Shown in pieces: positions 10,932-22,136 of a stretch of 34,260 bases of DNA; position 1 is the stretch's first letter; the number at the start of each line of letters is the position of its first letter. Below the pieces are notes generated by a model. That model was not told the DNA's origin and made no database searches. It worked only from the letters and a program-made list of their open reading frames with translations. The translations under genes and the position numbers were made by a program. Where the stretch lies: positions 161,067,856 through 161,102,115 of the forward strand of contig NC_068981.1 in the NCBI RefSeq assembly GCF_001194135.2, written 5' to 3'. This DNA is from Octopus bimaculoides (Eukaryota).

Positions 10932-11480
10932 NNNNNNNNNNNNNNNNNNNNNNNNNNNNNNNNNNNNNNNNNNNNNNNNNNNNNNNNNNNNNNNNNNNNN
11001 NNNNNNNNNNNNNNNNNNNNNNNNNNNNNNNNNNNNNNNNNNNNNNNNNNNNNNNNNNNNNNNNNNNNNNNNNNNNNNNNNNNNNNNNNNNNNNNNNNNN
11101 NNNNNNNNNNNNNNNNNNNNNNNNNNNNNNNNNNNNNNNNNNNNNNNNNNNNNNNNNNNNNNNNNNNNNNNNNNNNNNNNNNNNNNNNNNNNNNNNNNNN
11201 NNNNNNNNNNNNNNNNNNNNNNNNNNNNNNNNNNNNNNNNNNNNNNNNNNNNNNNNNNNNNNNNNNNNNNNNNNNNNNNNNNNNNNNNNNNNNNNNNNNN
11301 NNNNNNNNNNNNNNNNNNNNNNNNNNNNNNNNNNNNNNNNNNNNNNNNNNNNNNNNNNNNNNNNNNNNNNNNNNNNNNNNNNNNNNNNNNNNNNNNNNNN
11401 NNNNNNNNNNNNNNNNNNNNNNNNNNNNNNNNNNNNNNNNNNNNNNNNNNNNNNNNNNNNNNNNNNNNNNNNNNNNNNNN

Positions 11481-11527
<47 letters not shown>

Positions 11528-11567
11528 AACACATATGTTTACATTTATGCATATATATATTTATACA

Positions 11568-11598
<31 letters not shown>

Positions 11599-12574
11599 GC
11601 ACACATGCACTAATACGCGACAGTGAATAAACACTTTGTGATCTGCTAAATAGCCAAATATATTCTATTTTCATTCTTCCTCTACACATTGGCCAACTGC
11701 AACCTCTCATAGATTTAATCCAAAATATCATCATTATCTCCTCTCACCGATATATTTTCTGTCAGATATAATATTTTCTCTCCATTCTACAATCATACAT
11801 ATAACATTTTTACTCCAAATTTTTCCTTTACCATTTATATCCAGTTTTATCTCTGCCACAAACACTTAGTTATTGAATTTCTGTAGCTACTTGACTGAAT
11901 AATGATGAACTATGATAATGTTTGGCTCATTTATTTTCACCAATACCTTTGAGCTAAAGCATATATATCTTTGATTATTTCAATTTGTTCTCTTGAAGAA
12001 GGTATTATTAAAGCTATTTCTCTCTTTCTCCCTCTTTTTGTGCTAGCTCTTTTTTCTATTACATCCCCCCCTCTCTCTCTCTCTGTATATATATATATAT
12101 ACACATATACACGCATATATAGAAATAGAAATATATTTATACATTCAAACACAAATATATATATATATATATATANNNNNNNNNNNNNNNNNNNNNNNNN
12201 NNNNNNNNNNNNNNNNNNNNNNNNNNNNNNNNNNNNNNNNNNNNNNNNNNNNNNNNNNNNNNNNNNNNNNNNNNNNNNNNNNNNNNNNNNNNNNNNNNNN
12301 NNNNNNNNNNNNNNNNNNNNNNNNNNNNNNNNNNNNNNNNNNNNNNNNNNNNNNNNNNNNNNNNNNNNNNNNNNNNNNNNNNNNNNNNNNNNNNNNNNNN
12401 NNNNNNNNNNNNNNNNNNNNNNNNNNNNNNNNNNNNNNNNNNNNNNNNNNNNNNNNNNNNNNNNNNNNNNNNNNNNNNNNNNNNNNNNNNNNNNNNNNNN
12501 NNNNNNNNNNNNNNNNNNNNNNNNNNNNNNNNNNNNNNNNNNNNNNNNNNNNNNNNNNNNNNNNNNNNNNNNNN

Positions 12575-12612
12575 ATCATCATCATTTAACGTCTGCCTTC
12601 CCTGCTGGCATG

Positions 12613-12613
<1 letters not shown>
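12575..12613 (-). mobile_element. RTEX-like extreme 3' tail stub
   Basis: ATCATCATCATTTAACGTCTGCCTTCCCTGCTGGCATG matches the tails at 20631-20675 and 32873-32910. Confidence 0.6.
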
Positions 12614-12669
<56 letters not shown>

Positions 12670-12717
12670 TGTGTGTGTGTATATGTAAATAATAATAATA
12701 ATTATTATTATAAGCTG

Positions 12718-13113
12718 AAGAAGCTTGCTTCCTGACTACATGGTTCCAGCTTCAGTATCACTGCATGGCATCTTGGGCAAGTGTCTTCTACTACAGCCTC
12801 AACTGACTAAAGCCTTGTGAGTGGATCTAGCAGAAGGATACTGAAAAAAGCCCATTGTATAGATATGTATGTTTATATCTATGTGTATGTGTATTTGTAT
12901 CTGTGTTTGTTCCCCTATCACCAACTTAAAATATACTAACTGGTGTTGGTATGTTTACATCCCTGTAACTTAGTACTTTGGCAAAAGAGATCAATAGAAT
13001 AAATACCTGGCTTACAAAAAACCTACTGGGGTTGATTCATTCAACTAAAATTCTTCAAAGTGGTGACCCAGCATGGCTACAGACTAATGACTGAAACAAG
13101 TAATAGTAAAAGG
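12718..13113 (+). mobile_element. SINE family B, near full length
   Basis: Head, CORE-like segment, internal (TA/TG) tract at about 12857-12900, and 3' half ending GACTGAAACAAGTAATAGTAAAAG. Confidence 0.82.
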
Positions 13114-13446
13114 TAAAATGTATATATATGCACACGCACACACACATACACACACATACACATTGTCACATACATGCACACATACATTCAAGGTTTTGGT
13201 CAACAATGTTCATACTGAAATTTTAAGTAAATAATAGGTTTGTACTAAGACTCAACTACAACTCAACTGCGAAGCCAAGTACCTCTGAAGCAAGATCTTC
13301 AACTTTGTAATGAGGTGGGTGCTATTTTGGAAATTCTTTTTCCTAAAAAGATATCTAAACAAAGACCCGGAGTCCCTTACTCCCAGCAGTTATATAGCTG
13401 TTGACTCTACTGAGTTCATCCACCCTTTGACAGTTTTATTTTTCAC

Positions 13447-14073
13447 TCTACAGCTGGATGCCCTTTCTAACGTCAACCAATCTGAGAATGTAGTGGGTGC
13501 TTTTATGTGCCACTGGCACGAGGGTCAGTCAGGCGATACTGGCAATGGCCATGCTCAAATGGTGTTTTTTACATGCCACCTGCACAGGAGCCAGTTCAGT
13601 GGCACTGGCAACGACCTCGCTTGAATGTTTTTTCATGTGTCACCGGCACAAGTGCCAGTAAGGCAATACTGGTAACGATCATGCTCAAATGGTGCTTTTT
13701 ACGTGCCACTGGCATGGAAGCCAGACAGCTGCTCTGGCAATGATCATGCTCGGATGGTGCTGTTAGCACTCCACTGGCACAGGTGCCAGTCATCGAATTT
13801 GATTCGATTTCGATTTCACTTGCCTCAACAGGTCTTTGCAAGCAGAGTTTGGTGTTCAATGAAGGAAAGGTATGCATAAGTGGGCTGGTTACACTCCTGG
13901 CATAGGCCATGGGTTAGGGTCGCACTTGGCTTGCCGGGTCTTCTTACGCACAGCATATTTCTAAAGGTCTCAGTCACTAGTCATTGCCTCGGTGAGGCCT
14001 AATGTTCAAAGGTCATGCTTCATCACCTCATGCTTCATCTACCTTTTCCACAGGTTCCCTCAACCGCTAGGGT
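13447..14073 (-). mobile_element. 5'-truncated RTEX-like LINE (ORF2 C-terminus plus long subrepeated 3' UTR)
   Basis: 14073-13923 (-) translates TLAVEGTCGKGR..EVMKHDL*TLGLTEAMTSD*DL*KYAVRKKTRQAK. The UTR is collinear with 33466-33870, and the distal tail is missing. Confidence 0.85.
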
Positions 14074-14103
14074 AGAGGCTGGAAAACATATTATAGAGAT
14101 GAC

Positions 14104-14294
14104 TTGTTAAGGTTATCTCTACAGGTAGTCTATAGAATATAGAATATTATACCAGCTTCTAGGAATGTGTTTAATATGTAAAATTACTATATCCAAGAAT
14201 GTTACTCTGCTGTATCTAGTGGCTATTTAAGCAATGCAAAAATCAGTGCTGGCTCTAATTGCTATAGGAATATCTGTAGAGATAACCTTAACAA
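14104..14294. repeat. 21-bp perfect inverted repeat bounding 191 bp (candidate MITE)
   Basis: TTGTTAAGGTTATCTCTACAG at 14104-14124 and its reverse complement at 14274-14294. Confidence 0.6.
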
Positions 14295-14479
14295 ATGATG
14301 TAAAACACAGCTAACACAGTAGAACATGGTATTGACTTATAAAAAAGTTTACTATACTTTATAGTGTATTATGACACGAAATACCATGTCCCTACAAGTC
14401 ATTAATATTATAGAGATGGGCTGTAGAGTCTTTGAAGTACTTTCACTATGGAATGTTCTCTTAACCATTCAAGTTTTGC

Positions 14480-14810
14480 AGATGTGACAAAGAAAAAGGC
14501 TAATCAGACTGTAAGTAAAACTCTAGAGGATGCCACCAAGTATTTTGGATTAAAAAGGCTGTTGTATAGGCACAGACCAGGATTTAATCAATCCTGGTTG
14601 ACTCACCTGAGTGACAGTGTCTGATATTGAAAGACAAAAAGCAACTGTTGATACCAATTTACTTCTCTGATAATGTGTCCATAGCTCCTCAAGAAGTTAT
14701 GTTCAGGTTGAAACTTGGTTTCAATGAGACCTAGGAATAGACTAGATGGCAACCAAGAATGATTCAGTGCCTATTGGAATGATAGTTGATGGTACCAAAA
14801 CAATAACACC
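14480..14810 (+). pseudogene. Possible highly decayed CR1/L2-group reverse transcriptase fragment
   Basis: Peptides across frames appear in the expected order: DVTKKKANQTVS..KYFGLKRLL, SWL, RQKATVD, APQE, IVDGTKTI (compare D..KAFDTV..YG, SWL..RQ.V, VPQG, FADDTK). Every motif is degenerate. Confidence 0.3.
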
Positions 14811-14829
14811 GGAGTCAGTATGGGCTAAC

Positions 14830-15351
14830 ATACCATTCTGTGTCCTATCTCAACAGTCATGTTTCCTAGCACAAGACAGTCAGTGAGAGGAGATGGAATT
14901 TCACTCAGGCTACAACTCATTGCACAACACTTCTAGACCTTCCTACAGTAGTTTCTATCACAGAATTTGACTTGCCCTCTTGGTGAAGACACATAATCCT
15001 ATGTTTTTTATCACAGAACACCGGTCATCTCTCACAAGCTGCCATGTTGACAGTTGAATGTTCCAATAATGTAAGATCATAAGAAGTAACTGTTAGCCCA
15101 TTAACAGTCTTCCAAATAACAATTACCTTGGTTAGTAGTCCATTTCTTCTGGTCCCTGCAATTTGGAAGATTGCTTATTTCCTCATAACTTAGGAAATAT
15201 TTATTCCATTCACTTGAAACTTTCACAAAAGATAGATATTAGATATATCTAAATATGTGTAAAACATATAGTCTCAACGTATTGTTAATCTTCTATAATA
15301 AATATTTCAATACACTTGTTCTTACTGACCCTTATATTATGGCCGCTACTG
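14830..15351 (-). mobile_element. Decayed Tc1-like DNA transposon, 5' end (TIR, leader and N-terminal HTH of transposase)
   Basis: Begins TA|CAGTAGCGGCCATAATATAAGG (TA target, CAGT terminus). The ATG at 15045 gives MAACER*PVFCDKKHRIMCLHQEGKSNSVIETTVGRSRSVVQ*VVA*, a Tc1 paired-like HTH pattern whose three TGA stops could each be CGA>TGA. I found no DDE domain and no second TIR. Confidence 0.65.
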
Positions 15352-15439
15352 TATATATATTCCCAGGAGATCATGAAATCAGGGAAGGAAGAGATCTCAA
15401 ATTGGATACATAGACTAAGGATTAATGATTCATACTAAT

Positions 15440-16315
15440 GACTATTCAGGGATAGTATTGCATTATGTTTAGATGGGTTGTGGCTTGAGTACATTTTGTA
15501 GAGAACTGTTGCGGCAGCAACCTATTTCCTGCTTCATAAGCTGTTGATAGTAAATTTTCTTACAGCATCGTTTCTGTCATTTGTAATAATCCAATGAGAT
15601 TTCTTTTGTACTGCATTGAGTTAGCTGAGTATGCTTTGTGAATCATTTATTCAGCAGAGGCAAGCATATCCTAGAATGCTTTGGATTTGGGCTTTGTAAA
15701 CAGCTGCTCTTCCTTTCTTGTTTGGCTTCTCTGCAATTTTTCATAATACTTCAGTGCAGCTAGATTATATACAATAGAGAAGTGTTCTGTGCATACAACC
15801 CTGCTGTCCATGGTTTTGTGAAGAATCTGATGCAGCTTTTTCATAGGCAGCCTGAAATTCATAAAGAGCAATGTAAAATGAGATGGGCTTCTTTTCTTTA
15901 GTACAATCATTACTTTATACTTTGATGGTTCAAATTTTATTTTCCATTCATCTTACTAGACTTTCATCCTGGAAAAATCTCCCTTTAATCTAGCTGCTGA
16001 TAAATTGCTTTTTTTCTGTTCATTTTCACCAATGCCTACTGTAGAGAGTTGTCAGTGTACAGACACATTTCACTTTCTGCAAGTGTTGACTGAGTCATCT
16101 ATGAAGACTAAGAACAGAAGTGACACAGCTGTTGAGCCTTGTGAATCTGATGCATTGATTGGTGACCTTGTTGATCAGTGTTAACCTGAAAGGGTGACTT
16201 TGATGGATCTCCCTGTAAGCTATCATCAACATTACTTCAGTAGTTTTTCATGTATTCCTTTGGAATTGAGCTTGGCATCAAGTTTGTTGTGCCAAGCTCG
16301 GTCAAGTAGCATTAG
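15440..16315 (-). pseudogene. Decayed CR1/L2-group non-LTR reverse transcriptase (RT core and thumb)
   Basis: Collinear frameshifted motifs: LDRAWHNKLDAKLNSKGIHEKLL, SQGSTAVSLLFLVFIDD (16141 downward), MCLYTDN (YADD site, about 16055), WKIKFEPSKYKVMIV.KKRSP, VYKAQIQSILGYA, LNAVQKK, VAAATVLYKM. Confidence 0.8.
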
Positions 16316-16570
16316 AATAAATGATTTTTAGATCTCTAAATTTGTTCCATAGTAAATGGAGCAAGTTTTCCAGTGATTTTATTTTAATGTTTAATCTGTG
16401 TTACTTTGATTATCAGAACCAAACCAAACATTTTACTGGAACATTTTTTGCATAGATCAAAGAAGTGCTTCTTGTTTAGTACATACAAGAACAATATGTA
16501 CTAAATTAAGTTCATAATTAATAAAAAAAATTATTATTAATCAGTCAATTACTTTTTGTTATTTTATTGT

Positions 16571-16636
<66 letters not shown>
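16571..16636. repeat. (CT)n(CA)n compound microsatellite
   Basis: Directly visible. Confidence 0.95.
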
Positions 16637-16637
<1 letters not shown>

Positions 16638-17434
16638 TTGTGTAAATAAAGAATTGCTTTTCTTTCAACCATGTATTAAAGACATGACCTGTGTTTAAGT
16701 ATAATGTTTTTTATAAAGGATTTTCCTTTAATTTTATTAGTATTTTCCCCTTATTATTTGTTTATGTGTGTTTTGGCACAACAGCATACCTATGTTCATT
16801 AGTCCATTAATGTTTCATGACCTCAATATTATTATCTGAATGAAACGATACAAGTAATGACAATGTTCCCATACTTTGCAATAGATTGCAAACATCACAG
16901 GAATAATACTGTTATAGCTGATAAAAATCACCACTACCAGATTTAAAATTATTCAATGGTGAAGTCCCAGTAGATTTCATGGTTCATTTCACATGTGCTG
17001 TATATGTTTGCTGATTTTTAGTTTCTGTATTCATATTAATAAAGCTTTCGTAGTTACTCATCTCATTTTTTCTCCCTGGAACTCTATATAAAATAATGAT
17101 ACTGTCAACTAATGTTTTCTCTGTATGATTTTATTCACATACTGTCTTATAATGAGTTGCATTGGCATCTTGCTGGAAATGCATGATCAACCAAGATAAT
17201 GTTATATTTGTGCATCTGGTATAACACAGTTTGAATCATGGAGTTTACAGTTATAAATGTATATATTACATTGGCTGTCTGAAGTACATTTGTGGTTTGC
17301 AAATTTGTGGTTTCCATGTCAATGAGGAGATTCTCCATTCTGATCTTAATGCAATATATTCTAACTATGAGTTTTTAATGATGCATTCATTCATCCATTC
17401 TATAACCAGAGTGCATTTTGTTCTTGTGGTATAC

Positions 17435-17785
17435 TATCTTTTATCTTTTACTTGTTTCAGTCATTGAACTGCAGCCATGCTGGCCACCACCTTGAAGAAT
17501 TATAGTTGAACAAATTGAGCCTAGCACTTAATTTTTATTTTCTTAAGTCTGGTACTTATTCTATTGGTTACTTTTGCCAAACTGCTAAGTTACAGGAATG
17601 TAAACACACCAGCACTGGTTGTCAAATAGTGGCAGAGTACAAACACAAACTCAAAGATACACACTGACACAGACTCAGACACACAGACACACATTCACAT
17701 GCAAGCATGTGCGCACATATATATGATGCGCTTCTTTCAGTTTTTGTCTGCCAAATCCATTCATGAGGCTTTAGTTGGCTTGGGG
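17435..17785 (-). mobile_element. SINE family B, 3' two-thirds
   Basis: TCTTTTACTTGTTTCAGTCATTGAACTGCAGCCATGCTGG.. to ..CTTCTTTCAGTTTTTGTCTGCCAAATCCA is the reverse complement of 12800-13113. It is cut at the inverted block. Confidence 0.8.
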
Positions 17786-18102
17786 TTTTTGTATATATTA
17801 GATGTTCTTGGGTAGAAGAACAGGTTATAGACACAGACATGACTGTGTAGTAAGAAGCTTGCTTCCTTATCACATGGTTTCAGATTCAGTACCACTGCAT
17901 GCCACCTTGGACAAGTGTCTTCAACTTGAAACCTTGTGAGTGGATTTGGTAAATAGAAACTGGTTATAGAATGGATGAATGAATGCATCATTAAAAACTC
18001 ATAGTTAGAATATATTGCATTAAGATCAGAATGGAGAATCTCCTCATTGACATGGAAACCACAAATTTGCAAACCACAAATGTACTTCAGACAGCCAATG
18101 TA
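17786..18102. repeat. 317-bp inverted duplication of fused segments 17267-17409 and 18234-18410
   Basis: 17960-18102 is the reverse complement of 17267-17409 (no mismatch seen). 17786-17962 is the reverse complement of 18234-18410 (2 mismatches seen). Confidence 0.9.
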
Positions 18103-18129
18103 GTAAGAACGGACCTGGAACCATTTGGT

Positions 18130-18358
18130 TAGGAAGTTATGGGGATGTAAACACCACACCATTGGTTGCCAAGTGAGGTTGGGGACATATTCAGTCACAA
18201 AGACACACACACACACATACGACAGGCTTCTTTCAGTTTCTATTTACCAAATCCACTCACAAGGTTTCAAGTTGAAGACACTTGTCCAAGGTGGCATGCA
18301 GTGGTACTGAATCTGAAACCATGTGATAGGGAAGCAAGCTTCTTACTACACAGTCATG
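18130..18358 (-). mobile_element. SINE family B, 5' two-thirds
   Basis: The head is at 18234-18358. The internal (CA)n tract and mid-body are at 18130-18233. Confidence 0.78.
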
Positions 18359-18405
18359 TCTGTGTCTATAACCTGTTCTTCTACCCAAGAACATCTATTA
18401 TATAC

Positions 18406-18612
18406 AAAAAGACGAGGAGGTCATATTTGGAACGCCTTTGATAATAAATCTACTTGATCAAGGCTAATCTGTGGCTAAACAACGACGATAACAGTAAGAA
18501 GGTTCACAGATAATATAATCCAAGTTATACAAAAAGATGAAATGGTCATGGCTGGAATGTCTTTGATCATAGCTCTGTTTTATCAGGCCTGACCTGAAGC
18601 TAAACAACAATA
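18406..18612 (+). mobile_element. Two tandem ~85-bp copies of a retroposon 3' tail
   Basis: AAAAAGAYGA..GGTCAT...GGAA..CTTTGAT.ATA..TCT..TT.ATCA.G.CT.A.CTG..GCTAAACAAC occurs at 18406-18492 and 18531-18612. Confidence 0.5.
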
Positions 18613-18667
18613 TTGAAAGCAAAGGACATATTGGAATTTCATCCCTGCTAATGTTTTTTTCTGGCAG

Positions 18668-18771
18668 ATGTCAACTTAGAACAATTCAAGGGTACCATGA
18701 ATCATATCAGTTGTTCCGGTAATGATGGGTTGGCAAAGGTCATTGGTACAGCCTCTTTCTTCTGGATCAAA
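18668..18771 (+). other. Candidate internal coding exon (unverified)
   Basis: Branch-like CTGCTAAT, T-tract and CAG acceptor at 18665-18667, with GTAAGA donor at 18772. One frame is open: (D)VNLEQFKGTMNHISCSGNDGLAKVIGTASFFWIK. I do not recognise the protein. Confidence 0.3.
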
Positions 18772-18929
18772 GTAAGAAAAAATTAAAAAAGTAAATGAAA
18801 TACAATCAAGAATCCCAGTAAAACTGGTGATGTGCTGTATGGGTAGCGAAGAACCTAGCATTTAGGGCCCCTGTGCTGTGATTGAGAGAGCTAAGGTGAG
18901 TGAAAGTTCTTACAAACAATGCAATACCA

Positions 18930-19353
18930 TCACTTACTCTCTCTTCCTTCACTTCTCTTTCCTTGCTCTTCCCCCCTCACTCTCCCTTCTCCACTCTCCT
19001 CCCTCACTCCCCCTTCATTACTCTCTCTCTCACTCTTCTTTTCTCACTCTCCTTCTCCTCACTCTCCCTTCTTTGGTCTCTTCCTCATAGGGCAGAACAT
19101 TACTTACTCTCATTCTCTCACTTCCTTACTTTCCTTTCCTTACTCTCTCCTTGTCACAAGTCAACAACACCACTTACACACGCACACACACACTTCCTCA
19201 TTCTCTCCTTTCCTCTTGCTTCCACACCCTCTTGTTCTTACCCTCTCTTCCTTACCCTCTCTTCTTTACTCTCTCTTCCTCACAAGGCCATTGACTTTTA
19301 CTCCCCCCCATTCTCTGTTCCTCACAAGGCAAATTCACTGCCTACTCTCTCTT

Positions 19354-19384
<31 letters not shown>

Positions 19385-19430
19385 ATTACTCCCTTCCTTG
19401 CTCTCTTTTCTACATAAAGACAACTCGCTT
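18930..19430. repeat. CT-rich low-complexity tract
   Basis: Directly visible. It explains the L/S/P/F-rich ORFs. Confidence 0.85.
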
Positions 19431-19894
19431 TAGTCTTTCTTCATCACCAAGGCAATAACCAGGAACTCTAGATTCTTGATTCTTCACAGCAACTGAACTC
19501 AGAGAAAAATCTTCCATGAACTCTTCCACAAATAGGTGACAATGTTATGAACTTCAGGAATAAAAACGGCACCAAAGAAGATGGAAATGATGCTCTGAAT
19601 GAATAAAAAAACCTGAAGAATTATCACCAAATGTTTCAATTTCCTACCAAAAGAAATAATTCATATAAAAACTTATTTGCCTGACATTTCCCATCGACTG
19701 CAAATATTTACTGTCGCTCATGTATTAATCTGTAAATCTCACCTTGCATTATTTGTCACTGGAATTTTAGTTGGAGGAAATTTGATATTTGATTTATTTT
19801 AGATTTTACTTGGGATGTGTTTTGTATTTAAAAAATTTTTTCCTTATATTCATTTTATTTTTTATTCGTTTTTTAGTTGTTTATTTATTTTGTG

Positions 19895-19928
<34 letters not shown>

Positions 19929-20217
19929 TAGTTGTTTTTTAGCAAATGGCTTTCGTATATATATTTATTATTATTGACTATGGTGATTTCCATATTCAGG
20001 ATTTTATTACCGCAATAAGAAAGACAACTCTAGTAGTAGTAGTAGTGGTGGTGGTGGTGGTGGTGGTAGTGGTGGTGGTACAGAAATCCAAAGTGTAAAA
20101 GAGAAAAAAGAGAAACTACAATGAAAACTCAAAAGAAATCAGCTTGATAAAGTGGTTTAAGAAATATGTAAGCATTTCTTCATTCAGAAGTAAATACAAC
20201 TAGAAAGTTCAAATGAA

Positions 20218-20262
<45 letters not shown>

Positions 20263-20630
20263 TGCATACATTGTAACCTTCATTTAACTAAAGCATGTTC
20301 AGCCTGATGAGTAGCAAGTGGAGTACCCCTCGTTGAGTAATTATTACTTCCAGCGTTCTGCTAGCTAGGAAACATATGTAGCTGGGATTTTATCTGCTCC
20401 ATTCCCTCAATTTGGAGTTTTATTTGCATACATAGCAACCCTATTTACTAAACATGAACAATAAAATATTTTTTTCAGTTTATTGAACTTTGATAAAACT
20501 CGTGACCTTCTATGCCAATAAACAACCAATGTTCTTGAAAGTTGTTTTTTATGCCTTCTAAGGACTGCTCAAAGTTTACTAACTTCCTACACCTGATTCC
20601 TTGGAGCTTACGTTTACATATCATTCCTCC

Positions 20631-21488
20631 TCATCATCATCATCATTTAACGTCCATTGTCCATGCTGGCATGGGTTGGACGGTTTGACTGGGCTGGCAT
20701 GCTAGAAGGCTGCATCAGACTCCAGTCTGATTTAGCATGGTTTTCTATGGGTGGATGCCCTTCCTAATGCCAGCCACTCTGAGAGTGTAATGGTTGCTTT
20801 TATGTGCCATTGGTATGGGTGCTGTTTGCATGACACCGGGGTGCATTTACATGCCACCAGCACAGGTGCCAATTTGCGTGACACCGGTATCTGCCATAAC
20901 TGTGATTTTGCTTGGTTTGATGGGTCTTCTTCTCAAGCATGACACACTGCCAAAGGTCTTATTCATTGCCTCTGTGAGGCCCAACACTCAAAAAGAACTC
21001 AGCCACTTTGCCTCCATGAGACCCACTGCTTGAAAGAAACTCAGTTACTTTGCCTCCATGAGACCCAACGCTTGAAAGGCACTCAGCCACTTTGCCTCTG
21101 TCAGGTCTAACACTCAGGAGGAACTCAGCCACTTTGCCTCTGTGAGGCCCAACGTTTGAAAGGAACTCAGTCACTTTGCCTTCGTGATGTTCTTTACGTG
21201 CCACCAGCATGGTGCACTTGGCTTGATGGGTCCTTTCAAGCACAGCACATCGTCAAAGGTCTCAGTCACTAGTCATTGCTTCTGTGAGGCTCAAAATTCA
21301 AAGGTCATGCTTCACCACCTCATCCCATGTCTTCCTGGGTTTACCTCTACCAGAGGTTCTCTTCACAGTTAGAGATTAGCACTTCTTTACACAGCTGTCC
21401 CCATCCATATGCATCACATGACCATACCAGTGCACTCGTCTTTCTTGCACACCACATCTGATTGCTCTTTTGCCTAACTTTTCTCTCT
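20631..21488 (-). mobile_element. 5'-truncated RTEX-like LINE with internal duplication of the ORF2 end
   Basis: 21488-21214 (-) translates REKLGKRAIRCGVQERRVHWYGHVMHMDGDSCVKKC*SLTVKRTSGRGKPRKTWDEVVKHDL*ILSLTEAMTSD*DL*RCAVLERTHQAK. It is followed by a UTR unit, the 42-bp array, a second ORF-end copy, UTR and a (GAT)n tail at 20631. Confidence 0.88.
20959..21189. repeat. 42-bp minisatellite (about 5.5 units)
   Basis: Units begin at 21001, 21043, 21085, 21127 and 21169. Consensus AGCCACTTTGCCTCYRTGAGRCCCAACRCTTGAAAGGAACTC. Confidence 0.9.
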
Positions 21489-21505
21489 TACCACACAGCC
21501 ATGCC

Positions 21506-21666
21506 TTAATCATGCATTATCTCATAGCTTTGAAATTTTAATGATACATTTATTTTTTAGAATGACATTGTAAGATTAGGTGTGGGAGGCTGGATCTGGT
21601 CAGTTTGATCATAAATCAAGCAGAGTATTTGCACTGAACATGGCTGGTTTAAATGCTAAAGGGTTA
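21506..21666 (+). mobile_element. piggyBac-like MITE, right half
   Basis: Ends AAATGCTAAAGGGTTA (CCCTTT-type terminus). Collinear with 24135-24300. Confidence 0.6.
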
Positions 21667-21940
21667 GACTTCTTACAACTGGCCACTCAACTGTGATCTA
21701 GAGGTTTAGCCATTGTTCTTTTCTCAGTCAGGCCAGCTGGAGTAAGAAATGTCATGTGTTTTATTTAAGGACATAATTAAGGCCATGATACATTGACTTC
21801 AGTATTAAGATTTAAACTTATAACCGAGTGGTCAGTAATCGAGCATGTTAAACTTTAGCTGTTAAAACCTTTGAATCAACTAATTCACGTTCATAGTTTA
21901 TTGGATTACAAAGGCTAAGGAAATATTAAAAAAAGGTAGT

Positions 21941-22136
21941 TACCTTTTCTAGTCATGCTGACTCATAAAGGCTGGTTTCCTGGCATATACATTCCTCATC
22001 AGGATGAGATGCCAGTCTGTCACAGGATTACTCATTTTTGCCAGCTGAGTGGACTGGGGCAATATGAAATTAAGTCTTTTGCTAAAGAACATGATGCGTC
22101 ACTTGGTCCAAGAATCAAAACCACAATCCTATGATC
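21941..22136 (-). mobile_element. SINE family D, body and 3' end
   Basis: The reverse complement contains GATTGTGGTTTTGATTC (B-box-like) ..TGTTCTTTAGCAAAAGACTT..CCAGTCCACTCAGCTGGCAAAAATGAGTA, a CORE/V-like SINE body as I recall it. Confidence 0.55.

Noticed and set aside
15671-15910. VCTEHF as a THAP zinc-finger signature
   Set aside because: The THAP N-terminal C-x-C and Trp are absent. The segment falls in register within the decayed CR1-group RT thumb.
21975-22003. CTGATGA..GAAAC on the minus strand
   Set aside because: It is part of a SINE 3' end. The GG/CC stem is offset from GAAA by two bases, and there is no stem I or III.
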